Shown: positions 8,882 through 18,765, counted from the stretch's first letter. The stretch is 64,000 nt of DNA from Acidimicrobiia bacterium (GCA_040902845.1 JBBDWM010000042.1:7343-71342), one strand, 5' to 3'. Translations and numbers: made by a program. Notes: generated by a model from the letters alone, not told the origin.

Positions 8882-9993
8882 CAGATGCCCCCAGGCAGCC
8901 GACCGGGGTTGATCACCCGCGTCGGATCGAACTGGCCGATCAGACGACGCTGGATCTCGAGGCCTTCCGGGACCGCTCCCCACGGATCGAATTGGGTGAG
9001 GGATCCCGGTGGCGAGTCGACAACCACCAACCGACCTGAATTGGCTTCGGCCCACCCCCTCAACTCGGGAGCCGCCTCGGCAGCATCAGAGCCGAGCCGG
9101 ATCTCCCCTACCCCGTGAATCGCTAGGTATCTCCAGGAGTCGGGCAGATTCGTGATCGCCGTTGCCGTCAGCGCCGGCGGCACCCGCATCGACCAGCGGA
9201 ACGCACCTTCAGGATCGGTCGGCCAGGTGTGGCCGGTGGTGACTTGGCCACCGATCCGGTCGGCGCTGGTCTCCACCTCCTCTTTGATCCCCCAGAGAAA
9301 CACCTGGGTGGTCCCGTCCTTCTCGAGCACGGCCAAAGGGCGAGACAGCACCCCGAGACGATCAGGGTCCGGATTGGTCACCGTGGCCTTGGCCCGAGGA
9401 ACCGGCCACAGCTTGAGACAAACCGACACCACCACCCCGAGGGCGCCGAAGGCGCCGACCACGAACCGGGACAGGTCGTAGCCGGAGACGTTTTTCACCA
9501 CCCGGCCTCCCGCCCGCACCAGCCGGCCATCCCCGGTCACCACTGTCACCTCGAGCAGCCGCTCGCGGGTGCCGAGGAGCCGGCCTCGCTTCAACGACGA
9601 CACACCGGCGGAGATCACTCCACCGATGGTCGCCGGCCCGGGATGCTCGGGCATGACCGCGGTTTGGTTCCGCTCGGCCAGCATTTTCTCGAATCTCGCC
9701 ACCGGCGTCCCCGCACCCAGGGTGAGAGTCATGTCATCGGGCTCCCAAGCCTCCACCGCGTCGAGACGCTCGGTGAGTAGGGCCAGATCCGGTGTCTCCA
9801 TCCGGCCGTAGCCCTGATGCGATCCCCCGCCCCACACCTGAATCTTGAGTCGGTGCTCGGTGGCGAAGCGAAGGATCGTTGCCACCTCGCCCGGTGAGTT
9901 GGGGGCAAGACCCGTCTCCGCCTCGGAGCCGGAGGGGACTTCGACCTCCATGCTCCGGATCGTGGCCGGGATGGCGCCGGGGACAACGGTCAA
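8881..9993 (-). CDS. glcE: Glycolate oxidase FAD-binding subunit
   Basis: GGRVVKNVSGYDL, GAFGALG, FDP..VINPG; TTG start coupled to the glcD stop. Confidence 0.8.
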   Translation of the reverse strand: MTVVPGAIPATIRSMEVEVPSGSEAETGLAPNSPGEVATILRFATEHRLKIQVWGGGSHQGYGRMETPDLALLTERLDAVEAWEPDDMTLTLGAGTPVARFEKMLAERNQTAVMPEHPGPATIGGVISAGVSSLKRGRLLGTRERLLEVTVVTGDGRLVRAGGRVVKNVSGYDLSRFVVGAFGALGVVVSVCLKLWPVPRAKATVTNPDPDRLGVLSRPLAVLEKDGTTQVFLWGIKEEVETSADRIGGQVTTGHTWPTDPEGAFRWSMRVPPALTATAITNLPDSWRYLAIHGVGEIRLGSDAAEAAPELRGWAEANSGRLVVVDSPPGSLTQFDPWGAVPEGLEIQRRLIGQFDPTRVINPGRLPGGI

Positions 9994-11417
9994 ACCCAGG
10001 CCCCCTCGGGGATTTCCTTGCGTACCCCGCCGAAATCGAAACACAGGGAGCCCTGTGGCAAGACCTTCGAGGGGTTGAAGATCCCCTTGGGGTCGAAGGC
10101 CTGCTTGAGCCGAGCCTGGGCGTCGAGATCGAGCTCGTTGAAGTTCATCCTCATCAGATCGCGCTTCTCGACACCGATCCCGTGCTCGCCGGACAGGGCA
10201 CCACCGTTTCGAATGCAGAGGGCCACGATTTCGTCCCCGGCGAGTCGGACTTTCTCGGCAGCAACCGGGTCAGAGGAGTCGAAGGCGATCAACGGATGGA
10301 GGTTGCCGTCGCCGGCATGGAACACGTTGACCAGAAGCAGCCCATGGCGGTCGGCGATTTCGGAGACGTCACGCATCGTCTCCACCAGACGGGTCCGGGG
10401 GACGACGGTGTCATGGAGGTAGTAGTCGGGCGCCAATTGGGCGACGGCGCCGAATGCCGACTTCCTGCCCTTCCACAAGAGCTGGCGTTCGGCTTCGGTC
10501 GACGCCATCCGGATCGCTTGGGAATGGCGACCCAGTGCAATCTCCCGGATGAGCTCCGCCTCGGCCTCCACGCCTGCGGTCTCGCCCACCACCTCGACGA
10601 GGAGGATGGCGGCCCGATCGGTAGGGAGACCGGCTTGAAGCCAATTCTCGACGGCCTGCATCATCCTCTGGTCCATCATCTCCAACGCCGCAGGGACACA
10701 GCCGGCGGCGATGATGTCGGAGACCGTGCCGCAGGCGTCCTCCACCTGGTCGAAGTCGATGAGCAGGGTCCTGACGTCGGGGTCGACCGGGATCAGCCTC
10801 ACCATGGCGCGGGTCACCACGCCGAGCGTCCCCTCCGAGCCCACGATGAGGCCCTTGAGATCGAGACCCGGGGTGTCGGGCGCCAACCCCCCCAGGACCA
10901 TCACCTCACCACCGGCCAGGACGACTTCGAGCCCGAGGACATGACTGGTGGTGCTGCCCTCGGCGAGACAGTGCGGACCGCCGCTGTTGTTGGCCACATT
11001 GCCGCCGATGGTGCAGGCCGACTGCGACGAGGGATCGGGGGCGAATTGGAGACCGAAGGGCGCGGCTGCGCGGGTGAGGTCGAGATTGATGACCCCAGCG
11101 CCGACCCAAGCCGACCGGTTCTCGAGATCGATTTCGACGGAGTTGAGCGAGGTGGTGGAGAGGACGATCCCACCCTCAGTGGGGCTGGCCCCAGCGGTGA
11201 GACCGGTCCCGGCCCCCCGCGCCACGACCGGCGCCTCGTGGATCTCCGCCAGTTTCACGATATCGGCCACTTCCCCGGTCGACCGGGGAAACACCACGCA
11301 GTTGGGGTGACCGCGCACCAACGACGAGGCGTCCTTGGAGTAGAGATAGAGCTCCACCGGCTCGTGGAGCACCCGGTCGGCACCAAGAAGATGTTCGAGA
11401 TCCGAGATCAATGACAT
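9990..11417 (-). CDS. glcD: Glycolate oxidase FAD-linked subunit
   Basis: RGAGTGL, PDPSSQ, GSEGTLG, HAGDGNLH, GEHGIG. Confidence 0.88.
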   Translation of the reverse strand: MSLISDLEHLLGADRVLHEPVELYLYSKDASSLVRGHPNCVVFPRSTGEVADIVKLAEIHEAPVVARGAGTGLTAGASPTEGGIVLSTTSLNSVEIDLENRSAWVGAGVINLDLTRAAAPFGLQFAPDPSSQSACTIGGNVANNSGGPHCLAEGSTTSHVLGLEVVLAGGEVMVLGGLAPDTPGLDLKGLIVGSEGTLGVVTRAMVRLIPVDPDVRTLLIDFDQVEDACGTVSDIIAAGCVPAALEMMDQRMMQAVENWLQAGLPTDRAAILLVEVVGETAGVEAEAELIREIALGRHSQAIRMASTEAERQLLWKGRKSAFGAVAQLAPDYYLHDTVVPRTRLVETMRDVSEIADRHGLLLVNVFHAGDGNLHPLIAFDSSDPVAAEKVRLAGDEIVALCIRNGGALSGEHGIGVEKRDLMRMNFNELDLDAQARLKQAFDPKGIFNPSKVLPQGSLCFDFGGVRKEIPEGAWV

Positions 11418-11439
11418 TGTTGGAAACGATAGGGGCAAA

Positions 11440-11607
11440 CCCCCCTCGCCTTCGCTGCGCTCAGACGGTCCCCCCTTCAAAAGGGGGGACAACAGCGGAG
11501 CAGGCGGACCGGTCGCCAGCGAGCGCGAGCCGCCAGAAAAGGGTTGTCCCCCTGCGGAGCGGGGGGGCCGGTCGCCAGCGAGCGCAGCGAGCGCGAGCGA
11601 AGGGGGG
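11440..11607. repeat. Composite REP/BIME-like palindromic element
   Basis: GTCCCCCC-loop-GGGGGGAC hairpin, an inverted partner GTTGTCCCCC...GGGGGGG, and an internal direct repeat CCGGTCGCCAGCGAGCGC. Confidence 0.6.
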
Positions 11608-11612
11608 ACTCA

Positions 11613-13151
11613 TCAGGGTTCCCCCCAGCCACCCCCGCCGGGGGTGAGGACCACCAGCCGGTCTCCGGGCTCCACCTCGACAGTGGTCTTGCCCGGAAGA
11701 CGGGTCCGGTCCCCCCGCCTCACCAGCCAATCTTCTCCGGGCTCCCCGGGCTCGCCACCGGCTAGGCCCCATGGCCGGTGGCGTCTCCGCTCGCCCATCA
11801 ACGACAGCGTGGCCGCAGCCTCGAACACGATGTCACGTTGGATGCCCTCACCACCTGGGAAACGGCCAGCGCCCCCGCTGCCCCGACGCAGGGTGTACTT
11901 CTCCACCCGAAACGGATAGTGGGTGTCCAGGGACTCGATCGGGGTGTTCTCGGTGTTGGTCATCCCGGTGTGGATCCCCGACTGCCCGGGCTTCCCCGGA
12001 CGGCCGCCCTGGCCTCCTCCCACCGTCTCGTAGTAGGCGAAATCGTCATTTCCGATCAGGACATTGTTCATGGTGCCCTGGGAGGCGGCCGGCACCCGAT
12101 CCGGTGCTGCCTGGGCCAGGGCTCCGAGCAGGACGTCGGCGATCCGCTGCGAGGTTTCGACATTGCCGGCCGCGACCGCGGCAGGAAATCGGGCATTGAC
12201 GATCGAGCCCTCCGGTGCGATGAGCTGGAGCGGGCGATAACAGCCCCCGTTGGCCGGGATCGTGGGGTCGGTGGCCACCCGTACCGCGTAGTAGAGACAG
12301 GACCGGGTGACCGCCTCCACGGCGTTGAAATTGGCCGCAACCTGCTCGTCGCTTCCGGTGAAGTCCGCGGTCAAGCTCTGCCCCTCGATGCTGACCCGAA
12401 CCCTGATCGCCACATCGCGGTCACCGTGCTCCATGAAGTCCACGAACTCGAACACGCCATCGGGAAGAGTGGAAAGCGCCGCCGTCATCCGCCGCTCGCC
12501 GTAGTCGAGGAGGGCCGAGGAGACGGTTGAGAACGTCTCGTGTCCCTCGGTCTCGACAAGCTCTTCGAGACGTCTCGCTCCGACCGCGTTGGCACCGATC
12601 TGGGCCGCGAGGTCTCCCCTCCGCTCCCATGGGGTGCGCGAGGCTGTCACAAAGGGCTCGCTGAAGCCCTCGACCCACCGGTCGTCGGAAACGGCCAGCG
12701 TCGGCGGCACCCGATGCCCTTCTTGATCCACGGTGACCGCGTGGGCCGGCATCGACCCGGGCGCCTCACCCCCGACATCGGCGTGATGGGCGCGATTGGC
12801 CACCCATCCCACATGCTGGCCGCGCACGAATACCGGTGCGACCAAGGTGAGGTCGTTGAGATGGGTGCCCCCGGCGAAGGGATCGTTGACTGCGTATTGA
12901 GATCCGGGCTCCGGGTCGAACCGCTGGAGACAGGCGGCCACCGACTCAGGCATCGAGCCGAGATGGACCGGGATGTGCTCGGCCTGGGCAAGCATCTCGC
13001 CTTCGGCATTGAAGATCGCCGCCGAGCAGTCGGCACGCTCCTTGATGTTCGGAGAAAGCGAGGTATGGCGCAGGACAATGCCCATCTCGTCGGCCACCGC
13101 AGCAAACCGGTTTCGGGCGACCTCCAGGGTGATGGCGTCGACCGTGGTCAT
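11613..13151 (-). CDS. Hydantoinase B / 5-oxoprolinase subunit
   Basis: SPNIKERADCS, HIPVHLGS, NDPFAGGTHLND, QGTMNN, TPGGGGWG. Confidence 0.92.
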   Translation of the reverse strand: MTTVDAITLEVARNRFAAVADEMGIVLRHTSLSPNIKERADCSAAIFNAEGEMLAQAEHIPVHLGSMPESVAACLQRFDPEPGSQYAVNDPFAGGTHLNDLTLVAPVFVRGQHVGWVANRAHHADVGGEAPGSMPAHAVTVDQEGHRVPPTLAVSDDRWVEGFSEPFVTASRTPWERRGDLAAQIGANAVGARRLEELVETEGHETFSTVSSALLDYGERRMTAALSTLPDGVFEFVDFMEHGDRDVAIRVRVSIEGQSLTADFTGSDEQVAANFNAVEAVTRSCLYYAVRVATDPTIPANGGCYRPLQLIAPEGSIVNARFPAAVAAGNVETSQRIADVLLGALAQAAPDRVPAASQGTMNNVLIGNDDFAYYETVGGGQGGRPGKPGQSGIHTGMTNTENTPIESLDTHYPFRVEKYTLRRGSGGAGRFPGGEGIQRDIVFEAAATLSLMGERRRHRPWGLAGGEPGEPGEDWLVRRGDRTRLPGKTTVEVEPGDRLVVLTPGGGGWGEP

Positions 13152-13846
13152 CGCATCAGATGCTGGATGTGCTTAGTCGCCTCACGAAAGCTGAGGCCGG
13201 AAAGCCGATCCCGGTGCGCCTCGGCGAAGTCGGCGACCGCCTCAGGATCGGTCTTGGCGTATTCGCGTAGCGCCCACCCGATCGCCTTGCGGATGAAGAA
13301 CTCCTTCTCATCGAGACGTCCCGCGCAGAACGAGAAGAGCCGATCGATGTCGGTTCTCCCCTTGGCCCCGACCTGACAGATGATGACGCTGCGACGCAAC
13401 CACATATCGGGATCGTCGATCCAGCGGTCGACCTCGGGCCAGACCTCAGTCGGGTGATGGACGACGAGATGGCCGACGAGATGAGTGGCGACCTCGTCCA
13501 CGAAATCCCACCAGGCCCCTTCGACGATCAGACGGCGATAGAGCGGAAGCGACGCGGTGTCGACAAAACTTCGGAAGTGCTGGGCCACCCCTAGCGCCAG
13601 GTACTTCTCCTCACGATGAGGCAAGTCCCAGAGCCCGAGGACCAACGCTTCATACTGGTCCCGATCGGCCGGGGGTAACTCTGCGACCAACTGTCGCAGG
13701 ATCGGGACACGCGCCGGTGTCTGCACCCCGAAGAAGGGCATTTCGGTCTTCATGTAGGCCTGCATTCCCGCCGCCTTCTCCGGTTGGGCCACCTCCGCAA
13801 GGGAGGTGGAGACGAAACGTCGCGCCCGTTCAACCAGATCGTTCAC
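13148..13846 (-). CDS. AlkD-like DNA alkylation repair protein (HEAT-like repeat)
   Basis: MQAYMK, WWDFVD, W.RR, EFFIRKAIGWALREYAK; GTG start at 13846. Confidence 0.88.
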   Translation of the reverse strand: MNDLVERARRFVSTSLAEVAQPEKAAGMQAYMKTEMPFFGVQTPARVPILRQLVAELPPADRDQYEALVLGLWDLPHREEKYLALGVAQHFRSFVDTASLPLYRRLIVEGAWWDFVDEVATHLVGHLVVHHPTEVWPEVDRWIDDPDMWLRRSVIICQVGAKGRTDIDRLFSFCAGRLDEKEFFIRKAIGWALREYAKTDPEAVADFAEAHRDRLSGLSFREATKHIQHLMR

Positions 13847-15744
13847 AGGCTGATCTCCAGAGTGCCGTCGTCGTGGACCAGCATCCGGTCCTCGGGGTCG
13901 AGCAGGGTCACCGAGTCCCGCTCCACGATGAGCGCCGGGCCCCGGGTCTCGAACCCGGCGGGAAGGTGGTCCCGATGCCAAACCACGCGGCCTTCCCCCG
14001 TGGTCGACATCGGCTCCGGTGCTCTATCGACCGATCTCCGGGGAAGATCACTCCAGTTGACCGGCGCATTCCCGGTCACGTCGGCTCGGAGGTCGACGAG
14101 CTCGATCGGCTCGCCCGGGCGATCGAACCCGAAATGAGAGCGATGGGCTTGCTCGAAAGAGGCTCGAACCTGGCTCCAGTCGGGATCAGCTAGCACCGCC
14201 AGCTCGTGGGACTGACCGACATACCGCACCTCTCCATAGACAACCGCCTCCCCCGACCCTGAGACATGCATCTCGTCAAAGGCTGCCCGGGCTTGGTCTC
14301 CGATCTCGGCCATCAGCTGGGCGAGTTGTCCCGAGCCTTCCTCCAGAAAGACGGTTCGCGTGGCGTCGGCCCGCGGTCTCGCCAACAACAGCCCGAGTGC
14401 GGAGAACACTCCCGACAATGGGGGAATCAGCACAGTGCGCATCCCCAGACGGCGGGCGAGTCGGGATGCGTGAAGCCCTCCAGCGCCTCCGAACGCCACC
14501 AGCACCGCATCACGCGGATCGGAGCCCTCCTCCACCGACACCGTTCTGATCGCACGTTCCATGTGGGAGTCGACGATCTCGAGCACCCCGCGGGCGGTTG
14601 CTGTCAGGTCGAGTCCTATTTCCCGACCCAGTTCGGTCAGAGCTTCGGCGGCGGCTGCCGCATCGAGGGGCACCGACCCGGCGAGGGCCAGATCGTCAGG
14701 CAGGAACCCGAGGATCACGTTGGCGTCAGTGACGGTTGGAACAGCTCCGCCCCGACCGTATGCCACCGGGCCGGGAATGGCGCCCGCGGACCGGGGCCCA
14801 ACCCTGAGGGCGTCTCCCTCGTCGCGCCAGCCAACGCTTCCCCCGCCGGCACCGATGGTGTTGACCGGGAGCGACGGCACCCGGTTCACCCGGCCCGCCA
14901 CCTTTCTCCCCATTCCGGCCAGGGCCTCGCCGTGGGTTATCCGGCACACATCAGTGGAAGTGCCACCCATGTCGAAGCTGATGGCCGAGCCGTGGCCTTT
15001 GGCCCGGGCGATCTCTGCTGCTGCGACCACCCCGGCTGCCGGGCCGGAGAGCACGAGGCGCCCGGCCAGCTCGGCGGCCGTGTTGAAGGGCAGCAGACCG
15101 CCGGCGGAGGTCATGACCAGACGGCTCGATGTCGCCAGCCTCTCGCCGAGATGTCGGAGATAACCCGACACCTCAGGTGAGAGATATGCGTTGAGAACCG
15201 TGGTGACGATCCGCTCGTACTCCCGGAACCCCGGGGAAACCATGGCACCGGAGGACACCGCTACTCCGAGCCGGGCCCCGATGATCGAAGCCAGCTCCAA
15301 TTCCTCTCGATGATCGGCATATGAGCGGACCAGGGCGACGGCAACCGCCTCCGGTTCGAGGGCTCCGAGCTTTTCCAGGATCTCCTCGGCCTGACCATCG
15401 ACTCCGAGACGAAGCTGGGGCGGAACCAGCGGGATCGGTCGGTCGACGAAGGGGTCGTAGAGGGACGGTCGAGCCTGACGGCCGATCTCGATCAGGTCCT
15501 CGAAGCCCTCGGACGTGACCAGAGCCACCCGGGCCCCACGTTCCTCGAGGAGGGCGTTGGTCCCGGCTGTCGTCCCGTGGAGAAACAGGGTGTCGGAGGT
15601 GACCTCGAGATCGGCAATGGCCTTCATCACCCCGACTGACTGATCGGGGGTGGTGGGAACCTTTCGTCCGATCAGGGTCTCCCCGTCGAAGGCGACGACA
15701 TCGGTGAAGGTGCCGCCGACATCGACTCCGACCGTCGAGGGCAC
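13843..15744 (-). CDS. Hydantoinase A / 5-oxoprolinase ATP-binding subunit
   Basis: GVDVGGTFTD, HGTT..TNALLE, SGPAAG, DMGGTSTD, GAGGGS, PTVTDAN. Confidence 0.92.
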   Translation of the reverse strand: MPSTVGVDVGGTFTDVVAFDGETLIGRKVPTTPDQSVGVMKAIADLEVTSDTLFLHGTTAGTNALLEERGARVALVTSEGFEDLIEIGRQARPSLYDPFVDRPIPLVPPQLRLGVDGQAEEILEKLGALEPEAVAVALVRSYADHREELELASIIGARLGVAVSSGAMVSPGFREYERIVTTVLNAYLSPEVSGYLRHLGERLATSSRLVMTSAGGLLPFNTAAELAGRLVLSGPAAGVVAAAEIARAKGHGSAISFDMGGTSTDVCRITHGEALAGMGRKVAGRVNRVPSLPVNTIGAGGGSVGWRDEGDALRVGPRSAGAIPGPVAYGRGGAVPTVTDANVILGFLPDDLALAGSVPLDAAAAAEALTELGREIGLDLTATARGVLEIVDSHMERAIRTVSVEEGSDPRDAVLVAFGGAGGLHASRLARRLGMRTVLIPPLSGVFSALGLLLARPRADATRTVFLEEGSGQLAQLMAEIGDQARAAFDEMHVSGSGEAVVYGEVRYVGQSHELAVLADPDWSQVRASFEQAHRSHFGFDRPGEPIELVDLRADVTGNAPVNWSDLPRRSVDRAPEPMSTTGEGRVVWHRDHLPAGFETRGPALIVERDSVTLLDPEDRMLVHDDGTLEISL

Positions 15745-15764
15745 CCGATTAGCCTCGGTGACCC

Positions 15765-16022
15765 ATGCCGGTCAGCGTCGCCCCTACCCCCAACCCGAAT
15801 GCAGCCAAATTCTCGGTCGGAGAACCGGTGGGAGGGCCGGCCACCTTCGTCGCCGGATCCAATCCCGACGATCCGCTGGCGGCGGGCCTGCTGGCCATCA
15901 CGGGGGTCACGAGCATCTTCATGACCGCCGACTTCATCACCATCTCCAAGGCTCCCGACTCCTCCTGGGAATCGATCATCCCCGAGGCGACAGCGATCCT
16001 AGAGACCAGATTCAGCGGCTGA
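15765..16022 (+). CDS. NifU/Nfu N-terminal domain protein
   Basis: PTPNPNAAKF...PLA...GVTSIF..DFITISK...W. Confidence 0.8.
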   Translation: MPVSVAPTPNPNAAKFSVGEPVGGPATFVAGSNPDDPLAAGLLAITGVTSIFMTADFITISKAPDSSWESIIPEATAILETRFSG

Positions 16023-16844
16023 TCAGGGCACGGTCACCGTGGTGGGACGGGAGACACCGTCGGGGCCTGGCGCTACCACCACCACCTGCCAACCGCCCGT
16101 GGCTCCCGGGACACCGCCGAGGACCTCGGTTGCACCCGTGGCGGTGATCGCCGCCTGCTGCACTTCCGCGGGCACCTCCACCAGTGCCAACAGCTCCTGC
16201 TCGGGAGGTGTCAGGGGGCTCAACGCGGGAGGCATCACGACCCGAGCACCGTTCTCGGCGACGGCGACCTCCACGGTTACCAGCATCGGCGGCAGACGGC
16301 GATAGTCCTCCTCGCCCTGAGCAACCAGGGATCGCACCAACACGCCGACCCGATATCGAAGAGGAGCGACCTCCTCCACGGAAACCGTTCTCACCCACTC
16401 GACGAAAACCCTCGTCGAATCGGGTGCAACCGGAACTGCAATCCCCGCGGGCAGCAAGGAGCCCAGTGTCGCCCTGCTCTCCTCGGAGCCGTCGACGCCG
16501 ACGTACTCCGCCACAAACCACTCGGCGTGAGCCGTTGCCTGGTCGAGCAAACGCTCGGGGTCGATGGCGTAGAGATCGGCTTCGGCAACAATCATCGGGC
16601 TGCTCGGAGTCGGGATCGGCGGCGGTGGCGCGGTGCCAGCCGGCTCCACAGCGACAGTGGCGACCACCCCTGCCATAGGCTCCGTCGGGACCGCCAGCGG
16701 ACGGTTGCTCATGAACGAATAGGCAAGGGCGCCGAGCACTATCGCCCCGGCGATGGCGATCATCCACCATTGCCGGTCCCCACCCTTCCGTTCCAGCGTC
16801 TCCCAGGGGATCCGCTCGTAGACCTCGTTTCTCTCGCTCTCCAT
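16023..16844 (-). CDS. Single-pass membrane protein, possibly TcpC/VirB8-like
   Basis: N-terminal TM, Pro-rich linker, then AEWFVAEY and VTVEVAV...VVMPPAL. The family assignment is only a visual resemblance. Confidence 0.55.
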   Translation of the reverse strand: MESERNEVYERIPWETLERKGGDRQWWMIAIAGAIVLGALAYSFMSNRPLAVPTEPMAGVVATVAVEPAGTAPPPPIPTPSSPMIVAEADLYAIDPERLLDQATAHAEWFVAEYVGVDGSEESRATLGSLLPAGIAVPVAPDSTRVFVEWVRTVSVEEVAPLRYRVGVLVRSLVAQGEEDYRRLPPMLVTVEVAVAENGARVVMPPALSPLTPPEQELLALVEVPAEVQQAAITATGATEVLGGVPGATGGWQVVVVAPGPDGVSRPTTVTVP

Positions 16845-16951
16845 GGTCTCGAACCTATGGGGACCGAAGTGCCCGTTCAAGGGGGTCGTGTTTCTAACCG
16901 GACCAGGCCAACCCGGGAACTCCAGGGGTTGAAGCTATCGTTTCGCCAGTC

Positions 16952-17554
16952 ATGGCAGCCAACCCCGACCCGAAACCGGGCCGCTGGATCCTCCCGCTGG
17001 TCATTCTCGGGATGATCGCATTCACCTATTTCTTCGTGAGTTCTTTGCCCGAGGGATCTCCTACCACCACCCTTGCCCTTGGCACCACGACCACGACGCT
17101 GGAAGGAACCGGCACCACACAGCCGGGCACCGGGACCACTGTGCCCAGCACCGCCCAGGCCTATCTGGACGAGTTGGATGCGATCAACGGGGAGCTCCAG
17201 TTGTTGGTGACCGAGATGGTCACCGTCAATGAAGGTTTCGACGCCGAGCCGAGGACGGTCGAATTCGACGATGCCGAGACGAGACTGGAAGCGGTCGCGA
17301 CCGCCACCCAGGCCCTCGCCGAGCGAGTGGGAGCATTGACCGCGCCAGCAGGGCTCGAAACCAACCAGCAGGCCCTGGTTTCTGCCATCGACTTTTGCGC
17401 CGGGGCCGCTCAGGACACCATCGACGGTCTTCACTCCACCGACACCGGTGAATTGAGGAGTACGGCGGTCGAGGCATTCATCACGTCAGCGGCTGGCTTC
17501 GACACCGAAGTCCAGAACACCAATACCGCTGCCGGGGTCACTCCCGACGCCTGA
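16952..17554 (+). CDS. Hypothetical membrane-anchored protein
   Basis: TM segment, Thr-rich linker and helical domain; TGATG-coupled to the next gene. Confidence 0.65.
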   Translation: MAANPDPKPGRWILPLVILGMIAFTYFFVSSLPEGSPTTTLALGTTTTTLEGTGTTQPGTGTTVPSTAQAYLDELDAINGELQLLVTEMVTVNEGFDAEPRTVEFDDAETRLEAVATATQALAERVGALTAPAGLETNQQALVSAIDFCAGAAQDTIDGLHSTDTGELRSTAVEAFITSAAGFDTEVQNTNTAAGVTPDA

Positions 17555-18765
17555 TGTCCGTCGAGTTTCGGGCCATCGAGCCCGACGAGTACCCCGAGCT
17601 GGTGCGGACAATGGGTCTTGCATTCGGTTTCGACCCGCCCGAAGACGACGACTTCCGTCATCTGCTCCCCCTGGAACGCACCGTCGTCGGTTTCGACGGC
17701 GCCAGGATGGTGAGCACCGCCGCAGCTTTCTCACTCGACATGACGATCCCAGGGGGGACGGTCGAGTGCGGCGGGACGACCATCGTCTCGGTGGTGCCGA
17801 CCCATCGCCGTCAGGGGCTGCTGCGGGGAATGATGCGTAGTCACCTCGACGATGTCCTGAGTCAGGGCGAGCCGATCGCTGCACTCTGGGCCTCGGACAG
17901 TGCGATCTATGGGAGGTTCGGATTCGGACAGGCAGCCACCCACTACGACATCAGCGTGAGACGAGATCACGTCGAATTCCACCGCTCTGCTCCCCAACCC
18001 GCACCCGTCCGCCTCATCGACTCCGGCGAGGCACAGAGCCTGCTCCTCTCTTTCTATGACTGCATCCGCAAATCGACACCCGGTTTCTATGCTCGCTCCC
18101 CGCTCTGGTGGGAGCATCGCATCCTTGCCGACCCCGAAAAACGACGGAACGGGGCAACGGCCTATCGATTCGAGGTCGTCGACGATGCAGACGGCATCGC
18201 CGGCTATGTCCAGTACCGCGTCAAGAGTGACTGGGACGACAGCCACGGTGCAGGAAAGGTGCTCATCAAGGACCTGTTCGGCACCACGCCGGAGTCGTGG
18301 TCCGGGCTCTGGAGTTACATCCTCAACCAAGATCTGATCGCCGAGATCACAGCCCACCATCGCTCGGTCCAGGATCCGTTGTTCGACCTCCTCGCCGGTA
18401 CCCGGCGGGCCAAGGCCCAGCGATTCGACAACCTCTGGGTTCGCATCATGGACGTACCCCGCGCCCTCGAGGCACGCTCCTATTCGGCCCCGGTCGACGT
18501 GGTTGTGGAGGTCCACGACCCGATCGGGGACATCGATGGCAGATATCACCTGGTGGCCTCGACCGAAGGCGCCCAGTGTCAGCGAACCGATGCCGAGGCG
18601 TCGATCAGTCTCGACGCCGAAGACCTCGGGGGGATCTATATGGGCCGATCCCGGCCGCGGGCTTTATCACGGATCGGCAGGTTGCAGGGCGATCCGGCGG
18701 CCCTGACAGCGGCTGACGCTGCCTTCACCTGGGAACCTCAACCCTGGTGCCCCGAAGTGTTTTGA
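17554..18765 (+). CDS. Eis-like GNAT acetyltransferase with SCP2-like C-terminus
   Basis: VVPTHRRQGLL, LWAS..IYGRFGFG, LWVRIMDV..AL, C-terminal WCPEVF. Confidence 0.9.
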   Translation: MSVEFRAIEPDEYPELVRTMGLAFGFDPPEDDDFRHLLPLERTVVGFDGARMVSTAAAFSLDMTIPGGTVECGGTTIVSVVPTHRRQGLLRGMMRSHLDDVLSQGEPIAALWASDSAIYGRFGFGQAATHYDISVRRDHVEFHRSAPQPAPVRLIDSGEAQSLLLSFYDCIRKSTPGFYARSPLWWEHRILADPEKRRNGATAYRFEVVDDADGIAGYVQYRVKSDWDDSHGAGKVLIKDLFGTTPESWSGLWSYILNQDLIAEITAHHRSVQDPLFDLLAGTRRAKAQRFDNLWVRIMDVPRALEARSYSAPVDVVVEVHDPIGDIDGRYHLVASTEGAQCQRTDAEASISLDAEDLGGIYMGRSRPRALSRIGRLQGDPAALTAADAAFTWEPQPWCPEVF

